The notes: a model not told the origin generated them from the letters alone. Shown: positions 8,560-19,358, counted from the stretch's first letter. The stretch is 46,731 bases of DNA from Mageeibacillus sp. UBA1046 (GCA_002316595.1 DCDV01000023.1:13010-59740), one strand, 5' to 3'. Made by a program: numbers and translations.

Positions 8560-11500
8560 TTAGTTCTCATCGTCTTCATCGGCATCAGCAGCCATCACAA
8601 TTTGATTTTCATCTTCTTCATCAGGCTCAAAGTCTTCATCGATTTCGCCTTCTTCGGTCAATTCTCCTGCGGTATAACCTGCAGCAGCCAATTCACCTGC
8701 GCCTAAGGATGAGCTTTCCAGCAGATCTTCGAGATCTCTGATTACTCCTTCGGAGGTGCTGATTTCATCACCATCACCTTCCTTGATCTCCATTAACTCA
8801 TCTTTCTCATCAATGATCCTAACGTCCAGAGCCAAGGATTGAAGCTCTTTAACCAGTACTTTGAATGCCTCGGGCACTCCGGGTTCGGGAATATTTTCCC
8901 CTTTAACTATTGCTTCATAAGTTTTAGTTCTGCCCTGAATGTCGTCAGACTTAACAGTAAGAATTTCTTGCAGAGTGTACGCAGCGCCGTAAGCTTCAAG
9001 TGCCCAGACTTCCATCTCTCCAAAGCGCTGACCGCCAAACTGAGCTTTACCGCCCAGCGGCTGCTGAGTAACCAGTGAATACGGTCCGATCGAGCGGGCG
9101 TGGATTTTATCATCGACCAGATGAAGGAGTTTGAGATAATACATGATGCTCACAGTTATTCGATTTTCGAAAGGCTCTCCTGTACGTCCGTCATATAGAA
9201 TGGTTTTGCCATCGTCGTCAATATTTGCTTTCTTAAAGGCTTCAACAACATCACCTTCGACTGCTCCATCAAATACCGGAGTAGCAACCTTCCAGCCCAG
9301 TTCCTTAGCAGCCAGCCCCAGATGCACCTCGAGAAGCTGACCGATATTCATGCGGGAGGGAACGCCGAGCGGATTCAAAACAATATCCAGCGGTGTGCCA
9401 TCCGGCATAAAAGGCATATCTTCTTCCGGCAGAATCCGAGAAATTACTCCTTTGTTGCCATGACGGCCAGCCATCTTGTCGCCGACTGATATTTTTCGCT
9501 TCTGCGCGATATACACGCGCACCAGTTTGGTAACGCCATGTTTCAGCTGTTCGTCGTCTTCACGTGTGAAGACTTTAACATCAACGATAATACCCGATTC
9601 ACCATGAGGTACACGGGCAGAAGTATCTCTGACTTCACGTACCTTTTCCCCAAAGATTGCACGATAGAGCCGTTCTTCAGGAGTAAGCTCTGTCTCACCT
9701 TTAGGTGTGACTTTGCCGACAATAATATCACCGGCATGAACTTCAGCTCCAACTCTGATGATCCCGTCTTCATCCAGATCCTTGAGGGCATCATCGCCGA
9801 CATTAGGAATCTCTCTGGTTATCTCTTCAGGACCCAGTTTGGTATCTCTTGCTTCACTCTCATATTCCGTAATATGGATGGAAGTATAGACATCATCGCG
9901 CACCAGACGTTCACTGATCAAAATAGCGTCTTCATAGTTGTAGCCTTCCCAGGTCATAAAACCGATCAGGACGTTGCGTCCCAAAGCAAGCTCCCCCTGA
10001 TCCGTGGAAGGACCGTCAGCAATGATCTCACCGGCAGTTACAGTATCTCCTGCTTTTACCAGCGGACGCTGATTTATGCAGGTACCCTGGTTCGAACGGG
10101 TATATTTTGTTAACGCATACTCATCCAGTTTTTTATCTTTTCGGCGTACAGTAATTAAATCGGCAGCTACAAATTCTACAACTCCGTCGTTTGCTGCTAT
10201 TACGCAAACACCTGAGTCCTTGGCCGCTCTGTGCTCAATTCCGGTACCGATAATGGGAGCTTCGGTTTTAATAAGCGGGACAGCCTGTCTCTGCATATTG
10301 GATCCCATAAGCGCCCGGTTGGCATCGTCATTGCCCAGGAAAGGAATTAAGGCAGTAGCCACAGATACCAGCTGCTTAGGAGAAACATCCATCAGATCCA
10401 CCTTTTCAGGAGGCAGTTCCAGGAATTCGTCAAGATAACGACAGACTACATACTCTGAGAGGAAATGTCCTTCCTCATCTAAAGGCTCGTTCGCCTGGGC
10501 AATATTGTAATAATCTTCCTCATCAGCAGTCATATATTGAATTTCACGCGTGACAACACCTTTCTCTTTGTCATAAACGCGATAAGGAGTTTCAATAAAC
10601 CCATAATTATTTATACGGGCATAGGTAGCCAATGAGTTAATCAAGCCAATATTTGGGCCTTCAGGAGTTTCAATCGGACACATCCTGCCGTAATACGAGG
10701 AGTGTACGTCACGGACTTCGAAGTTAGCTCTCTCTCTCGACAGACCACCGGGGCCTAGAGCAGAGAGACGTCTCTTATGCGTCAGTTCAGCCAGAGGGTT
10801 GGTCTGGTCTAAGAACTGTGACAGCTGAGAAGAGCCGAAGAATTCTTTAATTGCGGCACTTACAGGCCTGGTGTTGACAATATCCTTTGATTCGGCATTC
10901 GTTTTATCAGACAAAGACTGCATACGCTCGCGGATTACACGATCCATCCGTGAAAAACCAAGTCTCATCTGATTTTGCAGGAGTTCTCCTACAGAACGAA
11001 TACGTCTGTTCCCCAGGTGATCAATATCGTCTATTTTCCCTACACCATATTCAATGCCAATGAAATAGCTGGCTGATGCCAGGATATCGTCAACTGTCAG
11101 ATGGTGAGGGATCAGGTCCTTGTTACGCTCTTTAAGCAATTTGCCCAGAGTCTCCAGGGGTTCATCTGTCTCCTGGGCTTCTTTGGCTATAGATCTCAAG
11201 ACTGATGTACGGACCAGCTCAGATATACCTAGCTGCTTAAAGTCGATCTCCGCTAACTCTTCAGCGCTGAAGAAACGCTGCAGATATTCGGAAGCTTTTA
11301 CTCTCTCATTACCGACTACGCGCAGTTGATGTTCATACTGGACCAGATTCTCTCCGACTATCTGGATAGGGTATATATCCAAGTGATTGACTCCGGCATT
11401 TTGGATCTGCCAAGCCATCTCTTTTGTAATAATGTCGTCCTTAAGGACAAGGATTTCGCCGTCTTCATCAATGACATCTGTTGCTGCACGGTGTCCTATC

Positions 11501-12357
11501 ACGCGATCTGCCAAGGACAGCTTTTTATTAAGCTTATAGATGCCAACTTTAGCCAGATCATAACGATTGGCATCAAAGAACATGTTCTGCAGGAAACTCT
11601 CAGCGCCTTCACGGGTATAGACCTCGCCGGAGCGGAGCTTTTTGAACATCTCTTGCAGACCATCCATTTCATTGGAACAGCCATCCTTTTGCATTGTGCG
11701 CATCAAGGATTCCTCATCGCCAAAAATCTCCTGGATTTCGGCATCAGTACCAAAGCCAAGAGAGCGGAGGAAGATTGTCAAATGAAACTTTCTGGTGCGG
11801 TCAATTCTAACCCACAGCAAACCGTTGGCATCAGATTCAAATTCCAGCCAGGCGCCGCGATTAGGAATGATCTGGCCTGTATATAAGGTTGCGTCATTCT
11901 TATCTTTTTTCTCACCAAAGTAGGCACCGGGAGAGCGTACAAGCTGGCTTATAATTACTCTTTCCGCGCCATTAATAATAAAGGTACCAGTGTCCGTCAT
12001 AATCGGAAACTCTCCGATATAGACACTCTGGTCTTTTATTCTGTCGTTCGCTTTGGTATGAAGACGCACATGCACATATAGCTTGGCGGCATAGTTCGCG
12101 TCTCGTTCTTTGCACTCCTCAACCGAATAAGTAGGGTTCTCAACATCAAATTCACGGCCGACAAAAGATAATTCAATATCACCTGAGAAATCAGTAATTG
12201 GAGAGGCCTCTTCCAGCACCTCTGTTAATCCTTCTTCTATAAACCATCTATAGCTTTCCTTTTGTATCTCAAGTAGATTTGGGATATCAATGATCTCGTC
12301 GATCTTTGAATATGATACTCTTTCGGTTCGTCCATAATGAACGGGTTTTACCATCAA
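8560..12357 (-). CDS. rpoB: DNA-directed RNA polymerase beta subunit
   Basis: Rif region [55 protein letters not shown]. Confidence 0.99.
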   Translation of the reverse strand: MMVKPVHYGRTERVSYSKIDEIIDIPNLLEIQKESYRWFIEEGLTEVLEEASPITDFSGDIELSFVGREFDVENPTYSVEECKERDANYAAKLYVHVRLHTKANDRIKDQSVYIGEFPIMTDTGTFIINGAERVIISQLVRSPGAYFGEKKDKNDATLYTGQIIPNRGAWLEFESDANGLLWVRIDRTRKFHLTIFLRSLGFGTDAEIQEIFGDEESLMRTMQKDGCSNEMDGLQEMFKKLRSGEVYTREGAESFLQNMFFDANRYDLAKVGIYKLNKKLSLADRVIGHRAATDVIDEDGEILVLKDDIITKEMAWQIQNAGVNHLDIYPIQIVGENLVQYEHQLRVVGNERVKASEYLQRFFSAEELAEIDFKQLGISELVRTSVLRSIAKEAQETDEPLETLGKLLKERNKDLIPHHLTVDDILASASYFIGIEYGVGKIDDIDHLGNRRIRSVGELLQNQMRLGFSRMDRVIRERMQSLSDKTNAESKDIVNTRPVSAAIKEFFGSSQLSQFLDQTNPLAELTHKRRLSALGPGGLSRERANFEVRDVHSSYYGRMCPIETPEGPNIGLINSLATYARINNYGFIETPYRVYDKEKGVVTREIQYMTADEEDYYNIAQANEPLDEEGHFLSEYVVCRYLDEFLELPPEKVDLMDVSPKQLVSVATALIPFLGNDDANRALMGSNMQRQAVPLIKTEAPIIGTGIEHRAAKDSGVCVIAANDGVVEFVAADLITVRRKDKKLDEYALTKYTRSNQGTCINQRPLVKAGDTVTAGEIIADGPSTDQGELALGRNVLIGFMTWEGYNYEDAILISERLVRDDVYTSIHITEYESEARDTKLGPEEITREIPNVGDDALKDLDEDGIIRVGAEVHAGDIIVGKVTPKGETELTPEERLYRAIFGEKVREVRDTSARVPHGESGIIVDVKVFTREDDEQLKHGVTKLVRVYIAQKRKISVGDKMAGRHGNKGVISRILPEEDMPFMPDGTPLDIVLNPLGVPSRMNIGQLLEVHLGLAAKELGWKVATPVFDGAVEGDVVEAFKKANIDDDGKTILYDGRTGEPFENRITVSIMYYLKLLHLVDDKIHARSIGPYSLVTQQPLGGKAQFGGQRFGEMEVWALEAYGAAYTLQEILTVKSDDIQGRTKTYEAIVKGENIPEPGVPEAFKVLVKELQSLALDVRIIDEKDELMEIKEGDGDEISTSEGVIRDLEDLLESSSLGAGELAAAGYTAGELTEEGEIDEDFEPDEEDENQIVMAADADEDDEN

Positions 12358-12550
12358 TGATCACCTCGCGACTAAATCGGCAAACCGATACCGATTGGAG
12401 TGACGTCAGAATAACCCGCTCACTTATAATTGCGAGCAGGTTATAACATCACATCTTTACTTCTGCAGATATATCATGGTCATTAGGGGTCTTTTGGGCG
12501 CAAAATTAATATCTATATTCACACCTCCAGACTTAGTGACACGTCTAATA

Positions 12551-12580
12551 ATTGTACTATTTTTATAATACCCTTGTCAA
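12551..12580 (-). promoter_or_regulatory. Putative sigma-A promoter of rpoBC
   Basis: TTGACA-18 nt-TACAAT on the - strand, about 190 nt upstream of rpoB. Confidence 0.7.
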
Positions 12581-12781
12581 GATATAATTTTTATCAATTC
12601 AGGTCTGCTTCAACCTCTATTTAATTATGTTGTTAACCATCTGTTTAAGTCGGCGGTTATGTGCTTCAAGCAGCAGTTATAAACTTAAATAGTTGGTCAT
12701 GAACGCTAAAACAAACTCATTGATATTTACTTGAATCAGCTGTTAACCATTATCGGTCAAGGTGCCAAGGTCAAAAAATGG

Positions 12782-14419
12782 TTAGCCGAACAAAGTCTTC
12801 AGAAAGCCGTATTTGCCTACCATGTTACTGCCAAAGTTTTTTCTGGTAACAGTAATCTCACTTAGAAGGTCTTCACGCCATTCCTGTACTTGCTCATCCA
12901 GCAGTCGGCTGCTTGTCGCGTCTTTCCATAATTCTTCTCCCTCTGATCCGATGTAATAGATCAGGTGATATCCAAACTGTGACTTAACCAGCCCGACATC
13001 ACCTTCCTTGCGTTGCGGATCCAAAGCCCAGGTCTCGTATTGCTCATCAAAGGAGCCTAAGCTTATGTCCTCGTAGATGCCACCGTCTTGGGCGTTACCA
13101 TCCATACTGTACTCTTTTGCCAGCTCGCTGAAGGTTTCTTCTGTCTTCTCTCCGGCGTTATATTCTGCCAACACATCTTCTGCCCGCAATTTTAGCTCAG
13201 CGTCCGAAATTTCTTCTGCTCCATCGTCCATAAAGAGAATGTGTCTTGTGCTAAATGGCTTGACATTCTGGCGAGAACGGTCTTCAAACTGAACTACAAT
13301 AAAGCTCTTAAAAGTCTGAGGCGCAGATGCTTCTGCTCCATCTTCCTCGAGCATTGTCACACCTGCAGAGGCAGACTCTAAAACTGCTATGTCTCCTGAC
13401 TCGCGCTCTGAAGCAAACAGCCAGTTTCTCAGCTCATAATTTTCAATATTGCCATAAGTCCTGAAGGAATGATCAAATAACTGCGGTTCATTAAGAAGAC
13501 CATCTTTCGTCTGATTATTCTCCACATTCTCTATAGCACTCTCGAAAAATTCCTTGCCGGATTCGAGGTCTGTTTGCATTTTTTCTGCCTGAGCTTTGGT
13601 CTGTTCTTCAATTTTCAACTTAGCGGCGTCATCGATATCTGCAGAGTGCTCCGCTACAAATTCAACTGCCTTATATGCAACCATGTCATAAAGGTTTTTG
13701 TTTTCTTCATAGATCTCTTCCAGCTCTGACTCTTCAATATCTATGCTTTCTCGGTATTCCTCCATATATAAAGCGGCATAATAACTAACTTCATAGAAAT
13801 TTTCCAACTCTTCGTATCTGCTGCCTGGGCCATAAGTCACCTTGAGCATTGTCGGGGCCGTCATATTGTATGCTTCAGCACTTTCCTCTACCTGGATCTT
13901 CAACTCGTCCAAACTGGATGTAAGAGTTTGCTGAGCTTCCTCTGTTAGCTCAAAACCATTCCTTTTACCCTCTTCGTAAAGAGACAGAGCATTCGTCCAC
14001 TCACCTATAGCAGAATTTCTGATGAATTCTCGATAATTATTTGCGTTTTCGTCATCAAAATCCAGCTCCGTATCAAGCATTTGCTGCCCCTGCTCTGTAA
14101 AGACATTGCCCATATTCCACATATTGGGATTGACTGCCTGCATGCCGAATACAGTATTAATATCTGCCACAGAAAGCTTCGTATCTCCGATAACAGCTGC
14201 AGTAACAGAGCGCTGCATGATACCGGTCGACAATAACAGCCACAATACTAAAGCAACGATTATAATAAGGGCGGCGACAATACCCGCAATCCTGCCAACC
14301 AGACTGTAGCCCCTGATGCGCTTCTTCTGACCAGAGCTGTCCTTTTGCTTGGAAAGACGTTCTTTTCGCTCGGATCGAGCAGTTTCTGTCTTCCAGGTGT
14401 TTTCCTCTTTTTTTCTCAT
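12782..14419 (-). CDS. Membrane-anchored parvulin-type peptidyl-prolyl isomerase / foldase (PrsA/SurA-like)
   Basis: Single N-terminal TM helix. C-terminal PpiC motifs RHILF, FSELAKEYSMD..AQDGG and VKSQFGYHLI. Confidence 0.85.
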   Translation of the reverse strand: MRKKEENTWKTETARSERKERLSKQKDSSGQKKRIRGYSLVGRIAGIVAALIIIVALVLWLLLSTGIMQRSVTAAVIGDTKLSVADINTVFGMQAVNPNMWNMGNVFTEQGQQMLDTELDFDDENANNYREFIRNSAIGEWTNALSLYEEGKRNGFELTEEAQQTLTSSLDELKIQVEESAEAYNMTAPTMLKVTYGPGSRYEELENFYEVSYYAALYMEEYRESIDIEESELEEIYEENKNLYDMVAYKAVEFVAEHSADIDDAAKLKIEEQTKAQAEKMQTDLESGKEFFESAIENVENNQTKDGLLNEPQLFDHSFRTYGNIENYELRNWLFASERESGDIAVLESASAGVTMLEEDGAEASAPQTFKSFIVVQFEDRSRQNVKPFSTRHILFMDDGAEEISDAELKLRAEDVLAEYNAGEKTEETFSELAKEYSMDGNAQDGGIYEDISLGSFDEQYETWALDPQRKEGDVGLVKSQFGYHLIYYIGSEGEELWKDATSSRLLDEQVQEWREDLLSEITVTRKNFGSNMVGKYGFLKTLFG

Positions 14420-14507
14420 TTTTCCCTCAACTCAAACAATGTGTCTGCCAGACACTTTAGTAGTTAACAGTACATCCGTTTTTATACAAAAATATATTAT
14501 AGCAGAT

Positions 14508-15887
14508 TTATTCCAAAGTAACAGGGGGCTTTTTTTCCGGTAATACCTGCAGGTGCACAAGTTTTATGCGATTATCCTGGACTTCTACAACGCGAAACTT
14601 ACCTCTGTTAATAGTAATTTCGAGATTCTCCCCTTCTTCCGGAATACGGTCCAGATGAGCGATTATCATACCTGCTACGGTATCGTAATCGTCTTTGGGC
14701 AGAACTATCTGACAGGCATCCTCGACCTCTTCCAATTCGACGCTGCCATCCAATTGCCATTCATCATCACCTATACGAACAATGGATATATCCTGCTCAT
14801 CATATTCATCTTCAATTTCACCTACAATCTCCTCAACAATGTCTTCCAGAGTTACTACCCCCGCAGTACCGCCATATTCATCTATGACCACTGCCATTTG
14901 GATTCTGTTCTGTTGCATCTCCTGAAACAGATCCTTTATAATTCGGGATTCCGGTGTAAAGATCGGCTTGCGCATTAGTTTCTCCACTTTGAAATCATTG
15001 CCATTTTCCTCGTAAAGCCACCTCAAAATATCCTTTGAGTGGACAACGCCGACAATATTGTCAATCGTCTCACTGTAGACCGGATAGCGGGTGTATTGGT
15101 CTTCACGTACCTTTGCCATAACCTCCTCGAAACTGTCAGTTACGTTAAAAGCGGAAAGATTGGTTCGGTGAGTCATGATCTCACCGGCACTCTTATTGTC
15201 GAAGTCAAAAATATTCTCAATCAGATCCTGATCTCGCTCCATAATGTGACCGGCATCTTTACTGGCGCTAAGAATCATGCGCAAATCTTCTTCCGTGGCA
15301 GCAGTGACCGCTTCCATATTTTCGAGTTTGAACAAGTGTGCCATTTTAGATCCTAAAAATATTCCCAGTTTGGATAAAGGCAGAACGGGCAAAGTAATAA
15401 TTTTATAAAAATATACGCCTCTGTAGCTGACGGCTTCTGCTTTGACTCTGCCCTGTTGTTTAGCAAAGGAGTCACTAATCACATAGATGAAGAAGAAAGA
15501 TAATATGACAAGTACCGCAACAATCAAAAAGCGTAACGCACCTGTTAGGTGAGATATTGAAGGAAGGAGATAATTGAATATCCCGTAGGCCGAGCTGATT
15601 GCAAATAATGAGAGATATACTATGCGGGCAGCGTGAATCCGACCAACAAAGCGGCCCGGAAGGCCGGTTTCACGTACCAACATGCGAGCAGCTAATGATC
15701 CGCTCTCAGCCTTTTCTTCCAGCTCGTGATCATTCAAGGCTATTACAGCAGCTTCGAAAGCTGCGTAAAAAGCGTAAACCAGTAGAAATAAACAGGCAAG
15801 CAGCAAAAACTGCCACCCGTTTTCAAAAAATAGTGTCATAGATAATCGGGGATCTCCCCCAGGATCGGCAAGGGCCAGTTCTGTCAC
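14508..15887 (-). CDS. Hemolysin-family CNNM/CorC (TlyC-like) transporter: DUF21 + CBS pair + CorC
   Basis: AFYAAFEAA TM start, EIMTHR, YTRYPVY, MAVVIDEYGGTAGVVTLEDIVEEIVGEIEDEYD, YDTVAG. RBS AAGGAG before a GTG start. Confidence 0.92.
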   Translation of the reverse strand: MTELALADPGGDPRLSMTLFFENGWQFLLLACLFLLVYAFYAAFEAAVIALNDHELEEKAESGSLAARMLVRETGLPGRFVGRIHAARIVYLSLFAISSAYGIFNYLLPSISHLTGALRFLIVAVLVILSFFFIYVISDSFAKQQGRVKAEAVSYRGVYFYKIITLPVLPLSKLGIFLGSKMAHLFKLENMEAVTAATEEDLRMILSASKDAGHIMERDQDLIENIFDFDNKSAGEIMTHRTNLSAFNVTDSFEEVMAKVREDQYTRYPVYSETIDNIVGVVHSKDILRWLYEENGNDFKVEKLMRKPIFTPESRIIKDLFQEMQQNRIQMAVVIDEYGGTAGVVTLEDIVEEIVGEIEDEYDEQDISIVRIGDDEWQLDGSVELEEVEDACQIVLPKDDYDTVAGMIIAHLDRIPEEGENLEITINRGKFRVVEVQDNRIKLVHLQVLPEKKPPVTLE

Positions 15888-15956
15888 CTGATCTCCTTAA
15901 GTAAAGTAAATCCGCTCAGTATTTCGTGCAAACAGTTATTTGCAGCGCTCAACAGA

Positions 15957-18035
15957 TCATTCCTCTTCCCTATGAGCTTCGGCGATAATCTTATCCGAAA
16001 CAAATTGAGGGGCTTGCTCGTAGCGGGCAAACTCAATATTGTACCACCCACGCCCCTGAGTCATAGATTTCAGATCTGTGGAATACCTCAGCACCTCAGA
16101 TGTTGGCGCCTCCGCTTCCACAATTTGAAAACCCTGATTCTCGCTATCCGGGTTAATGCCCAGAATGCGGCCGCGGCGCTTGTTTATGTCGCCCATTATA
16201 TCACCCAGGTAATCATCCGGTATATGAACTGACAGCTTGCTGATTGGCTCCAATAATACCGGATCAGCCTGGGGCAAACCTGCTCTGTAGGCTAAGCGGG
16301 CTGCTAACTTGAATGACATCTCATTAGAGTCAACCGAGTGATAGGAACCGTCAACTAACGTCGCTTTGATCCCTACAACCGGATAATTTGCTAAAGGTCC
16401 CTCATCAATGGCTTCCATGAGACCTTTTTCGACAGCAGGGAAATAACCCTTCGGAACTGCTCCGCCCACAATCTCTTCTTCAAAGACCAGACCGTCCGAC
16501 TCAGTTGGCTCAAAGACAATCCATACATCACCAAACTGACCGTGACCGCCTGTCTGTTTCTTATGGCGTCCCTGTACTCTGACTTGTTTTCTTATTGTTT
16601 CACGATAAGCGACACGGGGTTCGGAGAGCACTGATTCCACACCATATTTAGTCTTTAATTTGTTGGTTAACACATCCAGCTGTACTTCGCCCAGACCGGA
16701 TAAGAGAAGCTGCTTGGTCTCAGGATTGTTCTCGATCGTGAAGACTTTGTCTTCATCAGCTAATCTGGCCAGTCCTTGCATGATCTTATCTTCTTCACCC
16801 TCTGTGACAGGAGAAATAGCCATCGTCAGACTGGGTTCAGGAATAATTGGCGGGATAATCTTAACTTTGCAACTGTTCTCACAGAGAGTATCGTTAGTCT
16901 CACTTTCATTGAGCTTCGTTACTGCTCCAATATCGCCTGCGACAATTCCGGCTTCAGCGGCAATTTGTTTCTTGCCCCTAAGGTATGAGAGGCCATTGAC
17001 ACGCTCATCTGTTTCTTTATTCGCATTGAAGACAGTCCCGGAACTCGGGAAGGTGCCTCGATATACTTTGAACATGGATATGCGCCCCACAAACGGGTCA
17101 ACAATTGTCTTAAAAATGTAGGCTGCCAGCTTGCCGTCAGGATCAACGGCAAGTTCTTCTTCCGCTCCATTAACAAGAGCTTTTACAGGAGTTGTATCCA
17201 GAGGAGTAGGCATATAATTGGCAATCGCATCCAAGGTGAAGCTCACGCCAAGATTACTTTGTGCTACCCCCGCAAACACCGGCCATATTGAACCTGTCAG
17301 GATAGCATGGCTTAAACCGGAATTTTGCTCCTGGGGAGTAAAAGCTTCTCCTTCAAAATACTTCATCATTAAGTCTTCATCGCTTTCAGCGATTTGTTCC
17401 TGCAATTGATCATAGAACTGATCCACCGTATCTGACAAAGCATCCGGAATTTCAGTTTTATTCATCTTGCCTTTATCAGCAAATGTGTAGGCTTGTTTGG
17501 CCAATACATCGATTAATCCTTTAGCCTCCTCACCCTCAACAATCGGCAATACCAGAGGAACTATCTTGCTTCCGTATGCCTCCTGCAGATCTGCAAGGGT
17601 TTTATCAAAACTGGCATTCGGCTCATCCAGACGGTTAATGAAGAATGATATCGGACGGTTTTGTTTTTCTGCCTGGCGTACTGCTTTTTCAGCACCAACC
17701 GCCAGACCATCTTTAGCGCTCATGACTATCAGGATTGAGTCACTAACCCTGAAGCCCTGGATCTGTTCTCCTAAAAAGTCAAAATCGCCCGGTGTATCCA
17801 GCAGATTAATTTTCTTGCCCTGCCATTCGACAGCGGCGTAAGACAGATTGATGGTCATTCCACGGCGTATTTCTTCTGCGTCAAAGTCAGTGACAGTATT
17901 TCCGTCATTGCTTCTGCCCATCCGCTCAATAGCTCCGGCATTATATAATGCCGCTTCTACAAAAGCCGTCTTACCGGCTCCGCCATGACCTGCCAAGGCA
18001 ATGTTTCTGATATCAGCTGCTTGATATTGTTTCAT
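15957..18035 (-). CDS. fusA: Elongation factor G paralog (EF-G2/FusA2-like)
   Basis: 692 aa with the full EF-G layout (GHGGAGKT, RGMTI, YRETI, KKQTGGHGQFG, DGSYHSVDS.EM.F, LLEPI, SMTQGRG). G3 (DTPGD) and G4 (NRLD) are divergent, and the gene is not in an rpsL-rpsG-tuf operon. Confidence 0.9.
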   Translation of the reverse strand: MKQYQAADIRNIALAGHGGAGKTAFVEAALYNAGAIERMGRSNDGNTVTDFDAEEIRRGMTINLSYAAVEWQGKKINLLDTPGDFDFLGEQIQGFRVSDSILIVMSAKDGLAVGAEKAVRQAEKQNRPISFFINRLDEPNASFDKTLADLQEAYGSKIVPLVLPIVEGEEAKGLIDVLAKQAYTFADKGKMNKTEIPDALSDTVDQFYDQLQEQIAESDEDLMMKYFEGEAFTPQEQNSGLSHAILTGSIWPVFAGVAQSNLGVSFTLDAIANYMPTPLDTTPVKALVNGAEEELAVDPDGKLAAYIFKTIVDPFVGRISMFKVYRGTFPSSGTVFNANKETDERVNGLSYLRGKKQIAAEAGIVAGDIGAVTKLNESETNDTLCENSCKVKIIPPIIPEPSLTMAISPVTEGEEDKIMQGLARLADEDKVFTIENNPETKQLLLSGLGEVQLDVLTNKLKTKYGVESVLSEPRVAYRETIRKQVRVQGRHKKQTGGHGQFGDVWIVFEPTESDGLVFEEEIVGGAVPKGYFPAVEKGLMEAIDEGPLANYPVVGIKATLVDGSYHSVDSNEMSFKLAARLAYRAGLPQADPVLLEPISKLSVHIPDDYLGDIMGDINKRRGRILGINPDSENQGFQIVEAEAPTSEVLRYSTDLKSMTQGRGWYNIEFARYEQAPQFVSDKIIAEAHREEE

Positions 18036-18115
18036 CAGCTACCCCCCGCTCAATGATTGTTTATTGTCCAAAAAGGGGCAGCATTATTACTTCCCCGATT
18101 AAACATGCGAATAAT

Positions 18116-18144
18116 ATTATATAGTCTGCAGGTGAATTTAACAA
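18116..18144 (-). promoter_or_regulatory. Putative sigma-A promoter of the EF-G paralog
   Basis: TTGTTA-17 nt-TATAAT on the - strand. Confidence 0.55.
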
Positions 18145-18163
18145 TATCGCCCTCTGCGTATCT

Positions 18164-19066
18164 CTAAGCCTTTTCGGTTTTTCTGTCTTTCTTTCTTTCT
18201 GCAGCCCTGACTTTGGCGTTTGGTATGGACAGTCCTGCGAAATTGCTGGTTATAGCTGAGGCAGGACAGATATTAATACAATTCCGGCACCTTATACATT
18301 CAGGACTGTTATGTTCGGTGATCGGATCAATATCCATCGGACAGACCCTTGCACATATACCACAATCAATACACTTCGTAGCGTCAAGGCCAAAGCGATA
18401 AAGGCTGACAGGATGAAAAATACCCAGGATAGCGCCCAGGGGACAAATATAACGACAAAAGAAACGGGTAATGAAAATCGAGGCAACTACCGTAAGTATC
18501 GCCAGCAATAGTTTCCAGGAGAAGAGGACGCCAACAAGAGACCTCAGACCGGTATTAACCAGAAGCAGCGGCAAACCTGCCTCTATCGTACCGGCAGGGC
18601 AAATATATTTGCAAAACAAAGGTGACCCGAGGTTATATTCATTTACTAAAATTGAAGGCAGCAGAAGTACCAGAAGAACCAATATCAGGTATTTCAGATA
18701 ACGCAAGGGACGGTCCAGCTTCAGCTCGATTTTCTTCTTCCGGATCTTAGCTAAAAGGTCCTGAAGAAAACCGAAAGGACAGAGCCAGCCACAGTAGAAT
18801 CTACCCGCTAAAATTCCGAACACTGCCAATAAACCGGCTACAAAAAAGCTGAAATTAAAACCCGGATGATTATTGACAGCTTGCAGCGAGCCGATCGGAC
18901 AAGAAGTAAGGGCTCCCGGACAGGAGTAGCAATTAAGTACCGGCAGGCAGATCTGTTTGCTGTTACCGGTATATATAGAGCCGCTGACGAAGCCCTTGAG
19001 ATTGCCATTAATGGCCAGCGCACCCACTGCCTGAATCAAATGTCTTCTGTTAACCTTCCTGGCCAT
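18164..19066 (-). CDS. Membrane-bound 4Fe-4S binding protein (NapH/MauN/polyferredoxin-like)
   Basis: C.PVLNCYSCP, GRFYCGWLCPFG, CKYICPAG, CRYICPLG, and two CxxCxxCxxxCP motifs. Start moved to the ATG at 19066, 2 nt after the stop of the upstream small ORF. Confidence 0.88.
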   Translation of the reverse strand: MARKVNRRHLIQAVGALAINGNLKGFVSGSIYTGNSKQICLPVLNCYSCPGALTSCPIGSLQAVNNHPGFNFSFFVAGLLAVFGILAGRFYCGWLCPFGFLQDLLAKIRKKKIELKLDRPLRYLKYLILVLLVLLLPSILVNEYNLGSPLFCKYICPAGTIEAGLPLLLVNTGLRSLVGVLFSWKLLLAILTVVASIFITRFFCRYICPLGAILGIFHPVSLYRFGLDATKCIDCGICARVCPMDIDPITEHNSPECIRCRNCINICPASAITSNFAGLSIPNAKVRAAERKKDRKTEKA

Positions 19067-19068
19067 GC

Positions 19069-19248
19069 TTAACCTAAACCTATGCATTCCAGGCATATTC
19101 TGATCGCCTTTACGAGAACAGTGCGCACTTCCTGACGGTTAATCCCCACTATAATGAAGCCCGCAGCAATAAGCAGACCGGTTATCCTGATTAACCAGAT
19201 ATTGCGTTCTGACCACTTAAGCTGTCTTTTATTGTTAGATTTTTCCAT
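19069..19248 (-). CDS. 59-aa membrane protein with a C-terminal CxxC (CD1871A-family-like); absent from the ORF track
   Basis: Translated by hand: MEKSNNKRQLKWSERNIWLIRITGLLIAAGFIIVGINRQEVRTVLVKAIRICLECIGLG*. RBS AAAGGAG, one TM helix, and a KA..ICLECIG.G C-terminus. Confidence 0.85.
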   Translation of the reverse strand: MEKSNNKRQLKWSERNIWLIRITGLLIAAGFIIVGINRQEVRTVLVKAIRICLECIGLG

Positions 19249-19329
19249 CCGGCTCCTTTAGAGCAACTTCCTGTTTCAGCAGTTAAATGCTGCAGCTGCA
19301 TACTAATTATATGATTAATTATTTTTCTT

Positions 19330-19358
19330 TGCTGCCTGTGTGCTGTCTGTGTGCTGCC
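19330..19358. repeat. Short 11-bp tandem repeat (about 2.6 copies), intergenic
   Basis: tgctgcctgtg tgctgtctgtg tgctgcc. Confidence 0.6.

Noticed and set aside
14508-15887. Hemolysin/toxin (and BrkB 'virulence factor' at 30471-31469)
   Set aside because: The family names are historical. These are widespread CNNM/CorC and YihY membrane proteins.
15957-18035. TetM/TetO ribosomal protection protein
   Set aside because: Length and domain IV/V motifs (KKQTGGHGQFG, DGSYHSVDS) are EF-G-like. It lacks the Tet-type AHVDAGKT/DTPGH motifs and has no mobile context.
18164-19248. Selenoprotein (UGA recoding) in the CxxC/ferredoxin module
   Set aside because: Both frames are open, with ordinary Cys codons and no in-frame TGA.
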